A stretch of DNA of 64,000 nucleotides from Camelus ferus (taxonomy: Eukaryota): NCBI RefSeq assembly GCF_009834535.1, contig NC_045696.1, positions 48,672,001-48,736,000 of the forward strand. Reading direction: 5' to 3'. A program made the position numbers and the translations under genes. Below, piece by piece: positions 38,581 through 51,107 of the stretch (positions within the stretch are counted from its first letter, which is position 1; every line of letters starts with the position of its first letter). Below the pieces are notes generated by a model. It ran no database searches. It saw nothing but the letters and a program-made list of their open reading frames with translations, and was not told the DNA's origin.

Positions 38581-40364
38581 TTAGATCTTTCTAGAAGTAT
38601 TCTGTGATTGGCCAGGGCAACCTGCAGACAAAATAAGAACTTTCAAAAGTGCTATCTCCTAACCATTTCACCATGAGGTTTCAGATTTGATCGCTTGTTT
38701 GGTTAAAACACAGCCACAGAGGTTGAATTTATATTTATATAAACATTATCTGAGACAACCTTATACATAAAACACGTAAAATGCTTTATCATATTTATCA
38801 TATTGCCATGTATAGGTTTATTAGATTAGTTGGAGCAGATTAGTTGGAAGGTTGACAGGATCACATTAATAGAAAAAACTAGTGAAGAACAGGTAAACAG
38901 GTGAAGCTTCAGGAAATTCTATTTTAACCATGGGAAAGAGGGATGGAGAGGCAGGGAAGGGAGAAAGAAAGTGAAGTGCTTTGCAGCACTGTGGGCTGCT
39001 TTCTCAAGTACACCACATCCCTTCTAGTCCCCCTCACTTCTTCCCAGGCTGTAGCTTCCTGCCCCCCACCGCTTCGCATTGAACTCATCCTGGATGGGGT
39101 TGAGCACCTCTGTCTTTCCGTGTGTTCTTCGAAATACACCAAAATCAAATAGGCAGGATAACCTCCTTCACTCTCTTTTCCCAGGTCCAGGCAACAAGAC
39201 CTAGATTGACAAGAAAACCCTCAGCGCAGTGGTTGTGGGTGCCTCAGCCAACACAGCATCAGGCATTATCTTTGCCAGACAGTCAGTGCAGAAAGTTCCA
39301 GTGATTGTCAATGCATGTAGGTATTTCTCAGACTTTACCCTTCACTCGGCATAGTGCTGGATCCAGGGTAAGGAAACTCAGTGTAAGACACTCATGAGGT
39401 ACAACTGAATCAACATTCAAATTTACTTGTGAACAGGAGTGTATTTCTTGTGCAATGTAACAGGGAATTTACTGAATTTACCTTCCGTTTGGCTTGGAAA
39501 CTGGTTTCTTGTTGGGTTCCCAAGGAAATGACTGAACAAGAGTAATTGAGGACGTCTGCATTTATGGTAACATCCTAAAGCCTTTTGCAGTCTTCCATGT
39601 GGAACTGTCTGTGTCTTTTTATACGTGTGTGTGTGTGGTGTGTCAGTCACACACCCACACATTGCCACAGCGATGGTTTCTGAGCAGGGTCTCTAGAATG
39701 TGCTGTGCTGGACTAGGCATCTTAGTATATTTCAACTTAATGCTTCACAGTGGAAGCATTCTTGTCAAAATTTGTTCAAAAGCTGTATATCTAACACAGT
39801 CTTCAATTACTTCAGTCACTTAAAAAATACCCAATATTCACAAGAAGGCATGTTTATTTTAGTGCTATCCCTAGCATATTACATATTTTGCATGGCATAA
39901 TTCATAAAACCTCTCCCTTATTTCTTAATTATTAATTTCTTAAATGATTCATTTGGGTGAATCAAGAAAAGATTCTGGCTATAAACCTTGCTGTTAGATC
40001 ATTACCTACATTTTCTCACAAATTTATGCTAGAAAGAGAACAGCTAATCCCAGAAGGCTCTTGCACAGTCTTTTATGAATTTTCAAGTTCATTATCACTG
40101 AAGTAAGAAAATCACATACCAAAAATGAAAGCAAGTTTATCTCTGCAGAGGAATACACTTTTCAAGGCTAATTTCTAGAGCTCCTTTGCCCTTTATTATG
40201 TAAAAATATACCATTAATATTTTTATTATAAGGACTGAAAATGATCTCTTTTCAGCAATTTAACATTGGGAAAAACACCTGGATGTTTGTCTCTCACTTT
40301 CGTGCATACAGGTCACCCTGGCACAACTCAGCTTCTAGTCTCAACATGCAGTTCGACTTACCTG

Positions 40365-40950
40365 TGAAAATCTAAGTCTGCTCATATCACTTTGCCAGAA
40401 ACTTTAGTGGTTTCTTATCTCACCCAGAGAAGAATCCAAAACCTAAAAAATAAGAATAAAAAAATTCAAACTCTTTACGTTGTTCCATAAACGATAGATT
40501 ATCTTGGTCTTCTCTAACTTCGTCTCCTGCCCTTCTCTTCCATGCTCTTTTTTTCCTTTCTAGCCATGTTGGCATCCTTACTGTTCCTTACGCACACACA
40601 AAGCACACACCCAGCTCATGGTCATTGCACTCGCTGAGCCTTCATCCTGAAATGCTCTTCCTAGAGCTATTCCCATGGCTTGTCCTCTCACTTTTTTCAA
40701 TTGTCTACTCAAGAGACATTTGATGAAGGAGGAGGGCTCTTCTTGACCATGCTATACAAAAGAGCAACTACTTTCTACCTTGGCACTCCCTCGCCCCTAC
40801 ACATATTATACATTCACTTTTAAATTTTTATTGTCTATTTCTTCCAACTAAAATTGAGCCCCATGAGGTCTTAGTTTTTCTAAGAATGGAGAACAGTATG
40901 TCTTTGATGCTTAAAACATATTTTAATACGGAAGGAATAGGGATAAATAA
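40365..40950 (+). mobile_element. L2 LINE 3' fragment
   Basis: 'ctttagtggtttcttatctcaccc', 'cattgcactcgctgagccttcatcctgaaatgctcttcc', 'ttattgtctatttcttccaactaaaattgagccccatgag'. Confidence 0.8.
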
Positions 40951-41477
40951 TAAAATAGTAAAACTTAAATTGTGAAACAGCTGAGTTCGGGCTCGATTTT
41001 GTTCATCTTTTATTAGCAAAGATGTTATTGGAAAGACATTGCAGCTGGTCTAACAGGTGCCAACACAAATGTTTGAAGCTCACAGATAAAAGATTTTAGG
41101 GTGGTATGTGTGTGTCAAAGACAGGGAGTCTATTTGTGTTTCATTTCTATAGAACTGATGTCTCTGCTGCCTGCCCTGAGAGGTCACACAGACATAAATC
41201 ATGACCCTCACTCCATGCAACAGGTGTGACCTGGGACTCTTAGCCTCCACTTGGGGTGTCAGTAGACGGTGCAATGACCACATACCGAGAAAGAGTAAGG
41301 ATTCAAAACTGGTTTTGAGATGCTGTCATCTTTCAGTTATATATTTTAATCCATATCTGCCTTTCTTCCTTGACTTCCCAGTTCTTTTTCACTTCACACA
41401 CATCTTTTCTACCTCCCTGAAAAGTGCTGATTTTCCCACTTCTTGAATACCTCACCATTGTTTCTATTATCTACCTG

Positions 41478-41493
41478 CACGCCATCTAGTGAG
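41478..41493 (-). promoter_or_regulatory. Candidate CTCF binding site
   Basis: Minus strand TCACTAGATGGCG versus the core consensus CCACYAGRKGGC (1 mismatch), in non-repeat sequence. Confidence 0.5.
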
Positions 41494-43396
41494 GAAAGAG
41501 CCTTTACCTCGCCTCACAGTTCCCAAAACTAGCTCTGCCCAACACCAACGTGGATGCTCTGCTCTCAAGAGGAAGCAAATGGTCTGTCGGAGACTTCAAA
41601 TCAGTAGCAGCAGGGAGCAAGTTTTTCTGTTGGTACCAGCTCTGCTCTGCATGTCACACAGAATTCCTCTCTAGAAGTGTGTGCTCTAAACCCAGCAGGA
41701 AGAGCAGTGGAGGCGGTCCGGAGGAGGGGAGTTGGAAACGTCTTACTGACTGACGGTAGCAACAGGAATAACACTCAGCTCATCTAGTTTTTCTAGCTGT
41801 GTATACCATTAAAGCGGCCCCATGGTGTGATGAAAAGTGGGGAGAAAATCATGTTTGATTAAAAAAAAAACCCACTACAATTACCATTTTGTAAGGGAAT
41901 GAGGAACCTAATGGAACAGGGATCAGAGGAACAGTAACTGTAACAGGGTAGGGAGATGGTAGGTAAATGTTCCCCAGTTTTGAATTTTATGATTGTTTTA
42001 TTATTAGGAAGATGTGTTAATAATCATTTAAAATTGGGAACAAGGTAGATATTGTATTGTGGGTTGTTGGTACTAATTCTAGGGACTGTATCTCAATTCT
42101 TAAAAGAAGTTGCTTAATGATATTCGTAAATAGCTTCCCGTATACAACCAGTAAATACACACATCCAAGGAGAGAAGAATTGGAAGTACAGGTGGTTATG
42201 GCCCACACCTTGCAAACTGAATACTAAAGACAGTAACACCATAGCATTTAAGTCCAAACAGGAAAGGAACATCTGTTGAACACCTGATACACAGCAGGCA
42301 TTTCTCAGATCATCTCATTCACCCCCTGAATGATCCTGGGGGATGGTTGTATTACCCCATTTTGGAGAGTTTTGGGATGACTGTGTAACAGCCAAACCAC
42401 AGAGCCAGAGAGCCTGATTAAAATCTGTGCCCACCTGTGCTTGAAAGAAGAGCAAGTGCAAATGAATAATCACTTGACCCTCACGGTGTTAGTGACTTTT
42501 GTACCAGCAAAGTAATTTTGTGTTCATGTTTAAATAATCTGGAGCCTCTGGGTAGCTGGGCCCTTGAGGGCTAATATTATTATGTTTCAGTTTTGATGAA
42601 CCTTCATAAAACAATAAAAAATGGTATTGATAATTATATATCTGTGTTTATTAAAGTCTTCTAACCTACCTCCACTTCATATACCTGCCAAATATAAGAG
42701 TTTACATGCTAAGTAACATTCTCCATTCTCTCTATAACATCTTCTTTCTGAGAGCCACAGCATGTTGAACACCATACGACATGCCAGGGTACCTGCACAT
42801 AGGTACTTCTAAAAGTTCAATATATACCAGTCATCTGTGTTTGTTTCCAAAAATGTTTACAGCAGTTTCATTTGTTACTAAAAATAAAAATTTAATTAGA
42901 TATGATATGAAATGCAGAAATAACAGCAGAGAAAAATACTGGCGTGATGATAATTAAGTTGAATGCTTTCAAAAGACTTAATAAAGGTAAATCTTTAAGT
43001 GATTGCTCTGGAATCGGGTGTGATCCAGACAACTAAAAAGATTGGGGACAGGGGTGAGAGCAGAATCCCAACATGGAGAATAATTCTGTAGTAAGAGTAG
43101 GATGTGACTGTCTTTAAGGTCTTGCTCCACTTTGAAAGAACACAAAACTAGAAAATATAGAGGAAGCATTGTAAGTGCAATTTATATAAAAAGACAACCG
43201 AAATCTTAATTGCAGAATTCATTTGTCCTACAACAAAAATGAGAAAGTTAATAAACTCTTATGCATTTAGCTTAAAATTTTAAATATGTCTAAATCACTT
43301 GTTATGGTTATTTGCTTTCAATAAAGGTTTTGATTAATAAAAATGAATCAACTTAATTAATAAAAACTAACCAACTCATCCTGAGTTCCTCATCAT

Positions 43397-43980
43397 GTTA
43401 GTTTTCTACCAGCAGCTTAAAACTACACAAATTTATTATTTCAGTTTCTGTAGGTCAGAGGTCTGGGCTTGGTGGGGCTGGATTCTCTGCTCAGGGTCTA
43501 ATGGGGCTGAAAGCAAGGTGTCAGTCATGTGGGGCTGCTGTCTGGGGCTCCAAGTCCTGTCCAGACTCACTGGTTGTTGGCAGAATCCATTTCCTTGGAG
43601 TTCTAGGGTGGAGGTCTCCGTTTTCCCTCTGGCTGTTAGCTGGGGACCACACTGAGCTCTGAGAGACTGCCCACAGTTCCCAGCCACGTGGCCTGCACTG
43701 GCAGCTCACAACCGGGATGTTTGCTTTTTTCCTGGTCAGTCAGAGCTGTCTCTGACATTCTCTTCTGTGACCAGCTGGAGAAAATGCTCTGTGTTTAAAG
43801 CACCCATGTGACCAAGTTATTCCCACCTGGATAATCTCACTTTCTTAAAGTAAACTCTACCATATTACATAACAATCACCAGCGTGAAATGAATTATAGC
43901 CACAGTCCCTGAAATTATACAGGATATATGCACCAGGGGCTCAGAATCTCAGGGGGCATTTTATATTTCTGGGTACCACA
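43397..43980 (-). mobile_element. MaLR LTR (MLT1D/E-like)
   Basis: 'gcagcttaaaactacacaaatttattatttcagtttctgtaggtcagagg...cccacctggataatctc...gggggcattttatatttctgggtaccaca'. Confidence 0.85.
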
Positions 43981-45829
43981 GTCACATAAGAGGCTGATGC
44001 ATGCCCACAGTGGGCTCCAGTATATCCCAGACCACCCTACATAAGCAAAGCTCAGCTGGAACCAAATAGCTACCTGTCACCTCTGGCTTTTGCTTTCATG
44101 CCTTCTTCACCCTTCTGTCCCTTCCAAAGCAACCTAATGTGTATAAGATAATAAAAGGCTCAGGGTAATGTTAGCAATGAGTGGTTACTCTATCCAGAAA
44201 AAGAGGAATTCTGATTTTATTAACAAAAACACTTAGGGAAAAATTCTCAGTCAGACAGCCTCCTACTCTCTGACACCCACATCATTTTTCTTTAAAATAA
44301 GACTCACTTTAAAAAGAAAATGCATTTATTTGGCGTAGTATTAGTTTGGGTTGGAGAGAGTAGATTAAAATCGTGATTCCTAAAATAACCACTTGTTGTC
44401 TCCAAGGAGAACATACTTCTCAACAAAAAAAATTAAAATAATAACAAAGTAAAACAATGGCAGTGATGCAGTGTCTGAGAACTAGAGAGTGGTCTGTAGC
44501 TGATCAGCAGTAAGTGTAGTATGAAGTCAGTGAGACTTTGCTGATGACTGCCACACATTAAGGGGTCCCAGAAAGGAGCCACTTTGGTGGCTGCAGTCTT
44601 GTGGTCCTTAGGTGCAGACACCATGGTGCTGCCCAGCTGTATTAATCTGTGCTTTCTGCTTTGAAAAGCATCATACAGCTTCCCCTTTTTTTATGAGCAT
44701 TAGTACCAGGTAAGAAGTGTGCCTTTCGTCATCACACAGTCTCCTTGTTCTCTTTTGTGTTGAAATTTAAAAAGGAAGCGTAATTGATATGAGTGAGAAA
44801 TGAATGACAAAACCCATTTCTGGTCCATAAATACATACTCCCTAGACCTTCTCCATGTCCAATAAAGCAAATCTTTCTACTGTTGAAGGTAAACAACAAC
44901 CAGAGAAAATGATTTGGAGTAAATTTAAGCATCAGATGAAAGTTTTTGGCTAGAAGTTTTAAAACTTTTTCCTACCCTTACCATTGCATTCACTTATGAA
45001 TATATATATGAGAATATATCATAGAATTTTGAGATTTTAGAAATCAAGCAAAGTGGATCTGAGTGACTCAGTAGCTGTGAGTCATCACATTCTTATTCTG
45101 TCTACTAAACCAAAAAAAAAAAAAAAAAAATCAATAGTCCCATCTTCAGTCTACCCATATCTTATTCTGTGAGTAACCAGACATTCTCTCATTTAAAACA
45201 TAAATATGTGGTTATTTATCATAAATGAATGACCTTCCAAAGCATATATGTTTTTAAAATGTTTTGCTAGAGCTGCCTCACATGCTATTAGCCAAGGTAC
45301 GAGGCAAATACTCTAGATTTAAATAATGTTTAGAAAGCATTAAAAGAAAATCATGGAGTTTCAATTTACAGAAAAATAAAAATTTTCTACTTTCAGTTTT
45401 CAATCTCTTATTGTTATTCAATACCTGCTACTTTAATATAGAAGAGAAATATGAATTTCCAGAATTAACTACCAATTCTATACAGGAATAAACCTAGGCT
45501 AGGATTTTTTCAACAGTTTTTATAACTTAATTGAAGAACATTTTGCAGTGAAACTCTCTAGAAATATGAAAAAATACCTAAAATCTCTCAGCCACCAGAG
45601 ATCAGTTACACCCTAAAAAACTTTGAGTCATGGATGTAACAAATTCAGGAAATAGAGCTGAATTTCTCTGAATCAGCCCTCACAAAAGTATGCTATTTTT
45701 CTATTTCCCATGTCTTCTGACCATACCCATTTCTATAGTCTCAGCATTTCACATTGTATACTTCAGCCTGTTACCAGGTATTTGACCAAAAAAATATAAA
45801 ATTTTCTTATGGTCAGAAATCCTCACACA

Positions 45830-46440
45830 TTTCTGTGGGAGTATAAAATGCTACTACCAATGTGAATAACAAATTTGAAGTTTGTAAAAAAATTAAACTT
45901 TTTTATTGTAAAAAGTTAAACTCACATTTATCCTCTGGCCCACAAAACCTTTTCCTAGGGATTCATCCAAAAGAAAATGTATGTCTACAGAAGGCTTGTA
46001 CAAAAACACTCATAACAGATTTGTTCACAGTAGCCAGAAGGTAGAAACAATCTTTGTATCCATCAAAAGAAGAATGAATAAGCAAACTGAGCTATACAAT
46101 AAAATACTACTGAGAAATGGAAAGGATTACACTACTAAAAATATATGAATTGACTGAATCTCAAAAACAGTATGCTGACCAAAAGAAGCTAGACACAGAA
46201 GAGGGTGTATGTATGATTCCACTTGTATGAAAAAAGGTAAAAATAATATACAATGGCAGAACACAGATTTATGGATTCATCAGGACTCTCAAAGACTGGG
46301 GAGCAGAGGAAACTGTCTTCAGTGACTGGAATATTTTATATCTTGATGGGGATATACGGGTCACATAGATGTTTGCATTTGTCAAAGCTAGACTAACTGT
46401 AAACTTGAGACTGGAGCACTATGCTGTATGAAATCTTATG
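45830..46440 (+). mobile_element. Old L1 (L1ME-like) 3' end
   Basis: 'gtgggagtataaaatgctactacca', 'aaaagaagctagacacagaagaggg...tatgattccacttgtatgaa', 'ttttatatcttgatgggg'. Confidence 0.85.
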
Positions 46441-47744
46441 ATTTTCATAAGAAATCATTGTTTAAATAATTTAAAAATTTGTTTTGGTGGGTAAGTTTGA
46501 AAAACAGGGTGAAGCAAAGTAAAAAAATTAAATAGTACTAAGTACTATTTCTTTGCTATGCACTAAATCTCCAAGAGCTGTAGTAGGTAAACTGTTTATC
46601 ATAGAACAATTTAAGGACCACCTTTAGAGAACAAGCCTCTTCAGAACACACACAAGGGTAAGATTTTATCATAACGCATACCAAAAAATACTGAGGAAAA
46701 AGGATGCATGTGTGTGTATGTGTATTAGCAGCATATTAATAGGAGCGAGACCAAGTTAAGAAGACATCAGTTTTCATGGCATAATGACACATATCATCTC
46801 TTTGGTACCACCTGTTAATAAGGCCAGGAAAAAATGGAAATTGTTACTGAGGCCGCGGAGAAGATTAGGGGAGACAGCTGAAGAGAATAGCAAAGGGAGA
46901 TACCCAGGACAATGAAAGAATAGTGCACTGGAACTTTGATTCAGAAAAGCAAGGCAGATGTATGGAAAGAGCCAGTTTTATTTTCAGCTCTGCTGCAGAC
47001 TTAGCCAGAGGCCCCTGGGCAATTCACACATGCAATTTATGACATTCTGGTTGGCTTAGTATATCTGACCTGAGAGTTTGTAATTGTCTGTGACTCGTGG
47101 CAGCTGTCACTGGAGTACAGAAAGGACCGCGATTCCTCTGTGTTCCATGCTTTGGGAGACTCCAAGGCTGCAACAGAAAACCCGCTAGTGAAGAAAATGA
47201 AATGTTCAAGATCAACTGTAAACAGATCATTTTGTGAATGCTATTCATGGATTGCAGTCCTCACTGCCAGATTCAGAACTTTCAGAGAACTGCAAAATAC
47301 GCTCCCAGGGCTGGAGGTGGAGAGTGAGATGAGGGGCGACTCAGGTGGCAATCTGTTACCAAGAGATGACTTAGTGCATCTACTTTATCACCATCACCAA
47401 AACCAGTTGAGTGGAAGTCCTTTGTATCTTTCACATCAATCCTTTGTGTACATATTTATATTTCACAAATAGTTTTCCCTTTTAAGAAAATGCTTGTTGC
47501 TTGTTTATACAAATGTTATGCATATAAAAAAATCCAAAAATGATTTGACTTTTTTTCTCGTGTGTGGAACATAATTGAGTTTTTCAATGATTCTCCTACA
47601 TTAAAGTGTGGACTCGTCCAGAGGCTTAGTCTTGAAAGTCATGTTTCCCATCCCATGCCCCAGGTGCCTCCACAATAGTACCTCACACCTACTCCACACA
47701 AACTAGATGTATTGTGGATAAAAGGATGGTATGACGGAAGAATA

Positions 47745-47786
47745 AATGGATGAATGGGTGGATGGGTCTATGTACGGATGGATGAC
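47745..47786. repeat. Degenerate (GGAT)n simple repeat
   Basis: aatggatgaatgggtggatgggtctatgtacggatggatg. Confidence 0.75.
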
Positions 47787-47845
47787 ACAATTCAACATTA
47801 CAACTGAATGGAGTAACGTTATAAAATAAACTTAAAGATAAATGC

Positions 47846-49420
47846 CAGGACTCCTGGTTTCTACCAGGATGGGATAGCTCATTCTTTGCTAGTCTTCCTT
47901 CACACAACCAAAAGACCCTGGACGTGGTACAGTAAGTACACAGAAAGAGTCTGAAAGTTAAAAGAAGATAGACTAGGGAAGAGTTATAGGACTTGAAGAG
48001 CAACATGGTGATGATGGTAATGAGTTCCCTGAGTTTTCTTTTTGCCTGTTACATATCCTGGATGGAGCAGTGGAGGAACCTACAACTCGGAACTGCCAAC
48101 AGGCACAGACAAGGGGAAGGCCCAAAGAAAAGGCTACACCCTCTAACCATCTTTAATAATCCACCCTAATCCAACTAAACACCAAGGGAAAAACTTCTTC
48201 CAATCCTGCAGAGTCAATGGGGCTCCTGGGGAGCTGAATTAGGGTCCCAGGGACCTATGGGACTATAACAAAAAAACCTTACATTTGTGTTATCAGAGTC
48301 CTGGAAGGAAAGGAGGAAGAAAGTGGAGCTTGAAAAGTATTCGTATTCCCTCAATTTTGCTATGAATTGAAAACTTTTCTAAGAAAAAATAAAGTCTTAA
48401 TTTTTAAACAGTATTCAAGAAATAATGGCTGATAAATTCAAACTTTGGCAAAAAAGACATACACTTACAGATTCAAGAAGCTGGAAAAAAACCCAAGTAG
48501 GATAAACCCAAATAAATCAAGAAGAACAACAGAAACCAAACTTCTGAAGATTAAAGGCAAAGAAAATACCTTGAAAGCACCCAGGAAAAAATGATGCGTT
48601 ATCTTTAGAGGAACAACACTTCAAATGTCAGCCAGTTTCTCACAGCAACCATGGAGGCCAGAAAGAAATAGCACATTTTCATTGCGGAAAGAAAAGAAGT
48701 CAACGCAGAATTCCAGGACCAGCAAAAACAACCTTCAGAAATGAAAGTGAAATCAAGACATTCTCAGATGAAGAAAATCGAGGAGAATTTAATATCAGCA
48801 GGCTTATCTTACAATAATGTCTAAAAGGAACTCTTCAAACAAAATAAAGAGATAAATAAAGGAAACTTGTAGCATCAGATACGAAGAAAGAACAATGGAA
48901 ATAATAGAAATATGAGTAAATGTAATATATTACCTTCAGGCTGAGTTTTCTAAATTGTTAGGTGGATAAAGTAGAATTTTTAACACTGTCTGTTGTGGTT
49001 TCTAATGCATGTAGAGGACATATTTAAGACAATTGCAATATAAAGGGGAAAAGGTAACTGGATACAAAAGTGTGGTAAGGCCTCTGTGCTTTACTTGAAC
49101 TGGTAAAATGTTAACAGCAATATATATCACTGGTTATTAGAGAAGAGAACAGTAAAACTATGATGAGATGTCATTCCATACATATTAAAACAGTTAAATT
49201 TTTAAGAGTGACAATACAAAAAGTTGGTGAGGATGGGGAAACACCGAATCTCACATTTATCCCTGGTGGGAATGTAAATTGGTGCAGCCACTCTGAAAAT
49301 AATTGGCAGTTTTTTAAATACTGAACAATCACTCAACGTGTGCCCAGAAATTGCCCTCCTGGGAATATATCCCAGACAAATGAAAAATTAGGTTCACACA
49401 AAACATTTTACACAGAATGA
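47846..49420 (+). mobile_element. Old L1 (L1MC/MD-like): 5'UTR, decayed ORF1 and an ORF2 C-terminal fragment
   Basis: ORF1 motifs 'acatttgtgttatcagagtcctggaagg', 'cagattcaagaagct', 'aaatcaagacattctcagatgaa'; ORF2 end 'ctggtgggaatgtaaattggtgcagccactctgaaaa'. Most of ORF2 is missing. Confidence 0.85.
48343..48406 (+). mobile_element. 64-bp L1 3'-terminal stub inserted into the older L1 ORF1
   Basis: 'ctcaattttgctatgaattgaaaacttttctaagaaaaaataaagtctt' (L1MB-type terminus); TSD aaaagtattc / aacagtattc. Confidence 0.75.
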
Positions 49421-49699
49421 TGGGCTCCAAAGGTCCTACCCTCCAAACCTGAATAATTAGAAGAAATACCCACTCTTTTCCAGGATGATGATCATGAGTC
49501 TATTTTCTACAGAATTTCGTTCTGAATGGCTGTGGACTGAAAATCATTAGGCAAATTGACAAGCTGAGTTGACGCATTGAAAGGAAACAAAGAAATTAAG
49601 TAGACGTCAATATATTGAACCATGTGACTCTTAAACGTCTTTCTCCACTAGAAAGGGAAGCTTTTAACACACAGCATTCTACTTCCCTGCTACCTGACC

Positions 49700-50010
49700 A
49701 CTTCTCCTTGTCACAGGTGAGGATTAGAAGATTCTTCTCTGGATAAACTAATGAATCTTACAGGAGACATTATCCAAGCCCCTTGGATATTGACATAAGA
49801 AAAATGTATCTTTCTCTTCCTCTGAATTCTGGTGATGCCTAGTGGTATTAAGCCAGCTATGACCATGATGGAAGATACCAAAATTGCAAGTAGACAGATG
49901 GGGCACAAAATTTGGGTCCAGGATGTTGTTGTTGATCCACTGGACTAACCAGACATGGAGTCAAACTACTTCAGGACTTCTCCTTACATGAGATTTGAAA
50001 TAGTCTTTTA
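49700..50010 (+). mobile_element. Old MaLR LTR (MLT1J/K-like)
   Basis: 'agccagctatgaccatgatgg', 'tttgggtccaggatg...gatccactggactaacc...ctacttcaggacttctccttacatgaga'. Confidence 0.55.
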
Positions 50011-50729
50011 AATTCTGTATTTCCTAGGGTACCTTGGGTTACAAGTGACAGAAAAGTAAACAGTAAGTAATAAAAGGCAGTTGCACAAACAACTGCCAGA
50101 TCAGCCACCAACGAAGAAAGAGAGGAAGTTGATTTGGATAGCTCAGTAGGAAACGTGAAATGCCAAAAAAGGAAGAGATGAGATCGAGGTAACAAGAGTT
50201 TCAACACCAGCAAACAACAAAGGGAATCCTGTAATGGCTCAAAAAGCTGCCTGGTGAATGGCAGCAGGTCTGCATAGCAAGAGTCTCACTGAATAAGAAA
50301 GACAGAAAAGACCGGGGGCAGCAAATGATGAATATTATGATGGGCATTAAATAGGGATATTGAAGTGTTTGGGAAAATATTAATCACAGTTGCATTACAA
50401 GCCAGGCATTTGAAAAATTAGGTAGTTACCAATTCTAAAAAATTAAATCATGCAAAAATTTTGTAGTTATTATGAATATTATTTGCATTGTCAAAATAAT
50501 GTAAAAACTGACAATCTACTTAACCTAACATTCTAATATTACAGTGCAAGGGGACAAGGGAAGACAAGTGGGATAGGGCAGCTGTGTAGCAGAGAACCAA
50601 TGACTCGTATATGGGTGGGATTCAGTAGACACATCTAATATTAATAAACCTTACTGATTGATTAGCTATGTAGAAAAGTACTAGCGGGAACATGAATAAT
50701 TGAGGGTTCTTTGTATCATCGGGCACATG

Positions 50730-51107
50730 TCCGCCTCAAGGCCTTTGCATTTGTTGCTCAGAAACCTCTGCCTCTGGATAACTTCTTGACTAACTCACTG
50801 GCTTTCCTGAGGTGACAAAAGTCACTCCTTGATGAAGCCTTCCCCAGACAATCTATCTAATATTTCACCCCCTCTGAATATTTTATATGTTCTTCCCTGC
50901 TCCATTATTTTTTCTAAGCACCTACCACCATCCAATGGATAATATATTATTTATTTATTCTTCTTCTATTTGTTGTCCTCTCCACAAGAATGTACACTTC
51001 ATATTGGAAAGGACTTTTATAAGCTTTCTCACCATTAGTTTATAGCACTTAGAACATTGTTTGGTACATAGAAGGTCTTCATTCATTTGGTGAGTAAATA
51101 AATAAAC
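50730..51107 (+). mobile_element. L2 LINE 3' end
   Basis: 'cctcaaggcctttgcatttgttg' ... 'agcacttagaacattgtttggtacatagaaggtcttcattcatttggtgagtaaataaat'. Confidence 0.85.

Noticed and set aside
44619..44716. Kozak ACCATGG followed by donor CAG|GTAAGA
   Set aside because: The frame stops after 13 codons, before the donor; no other support.
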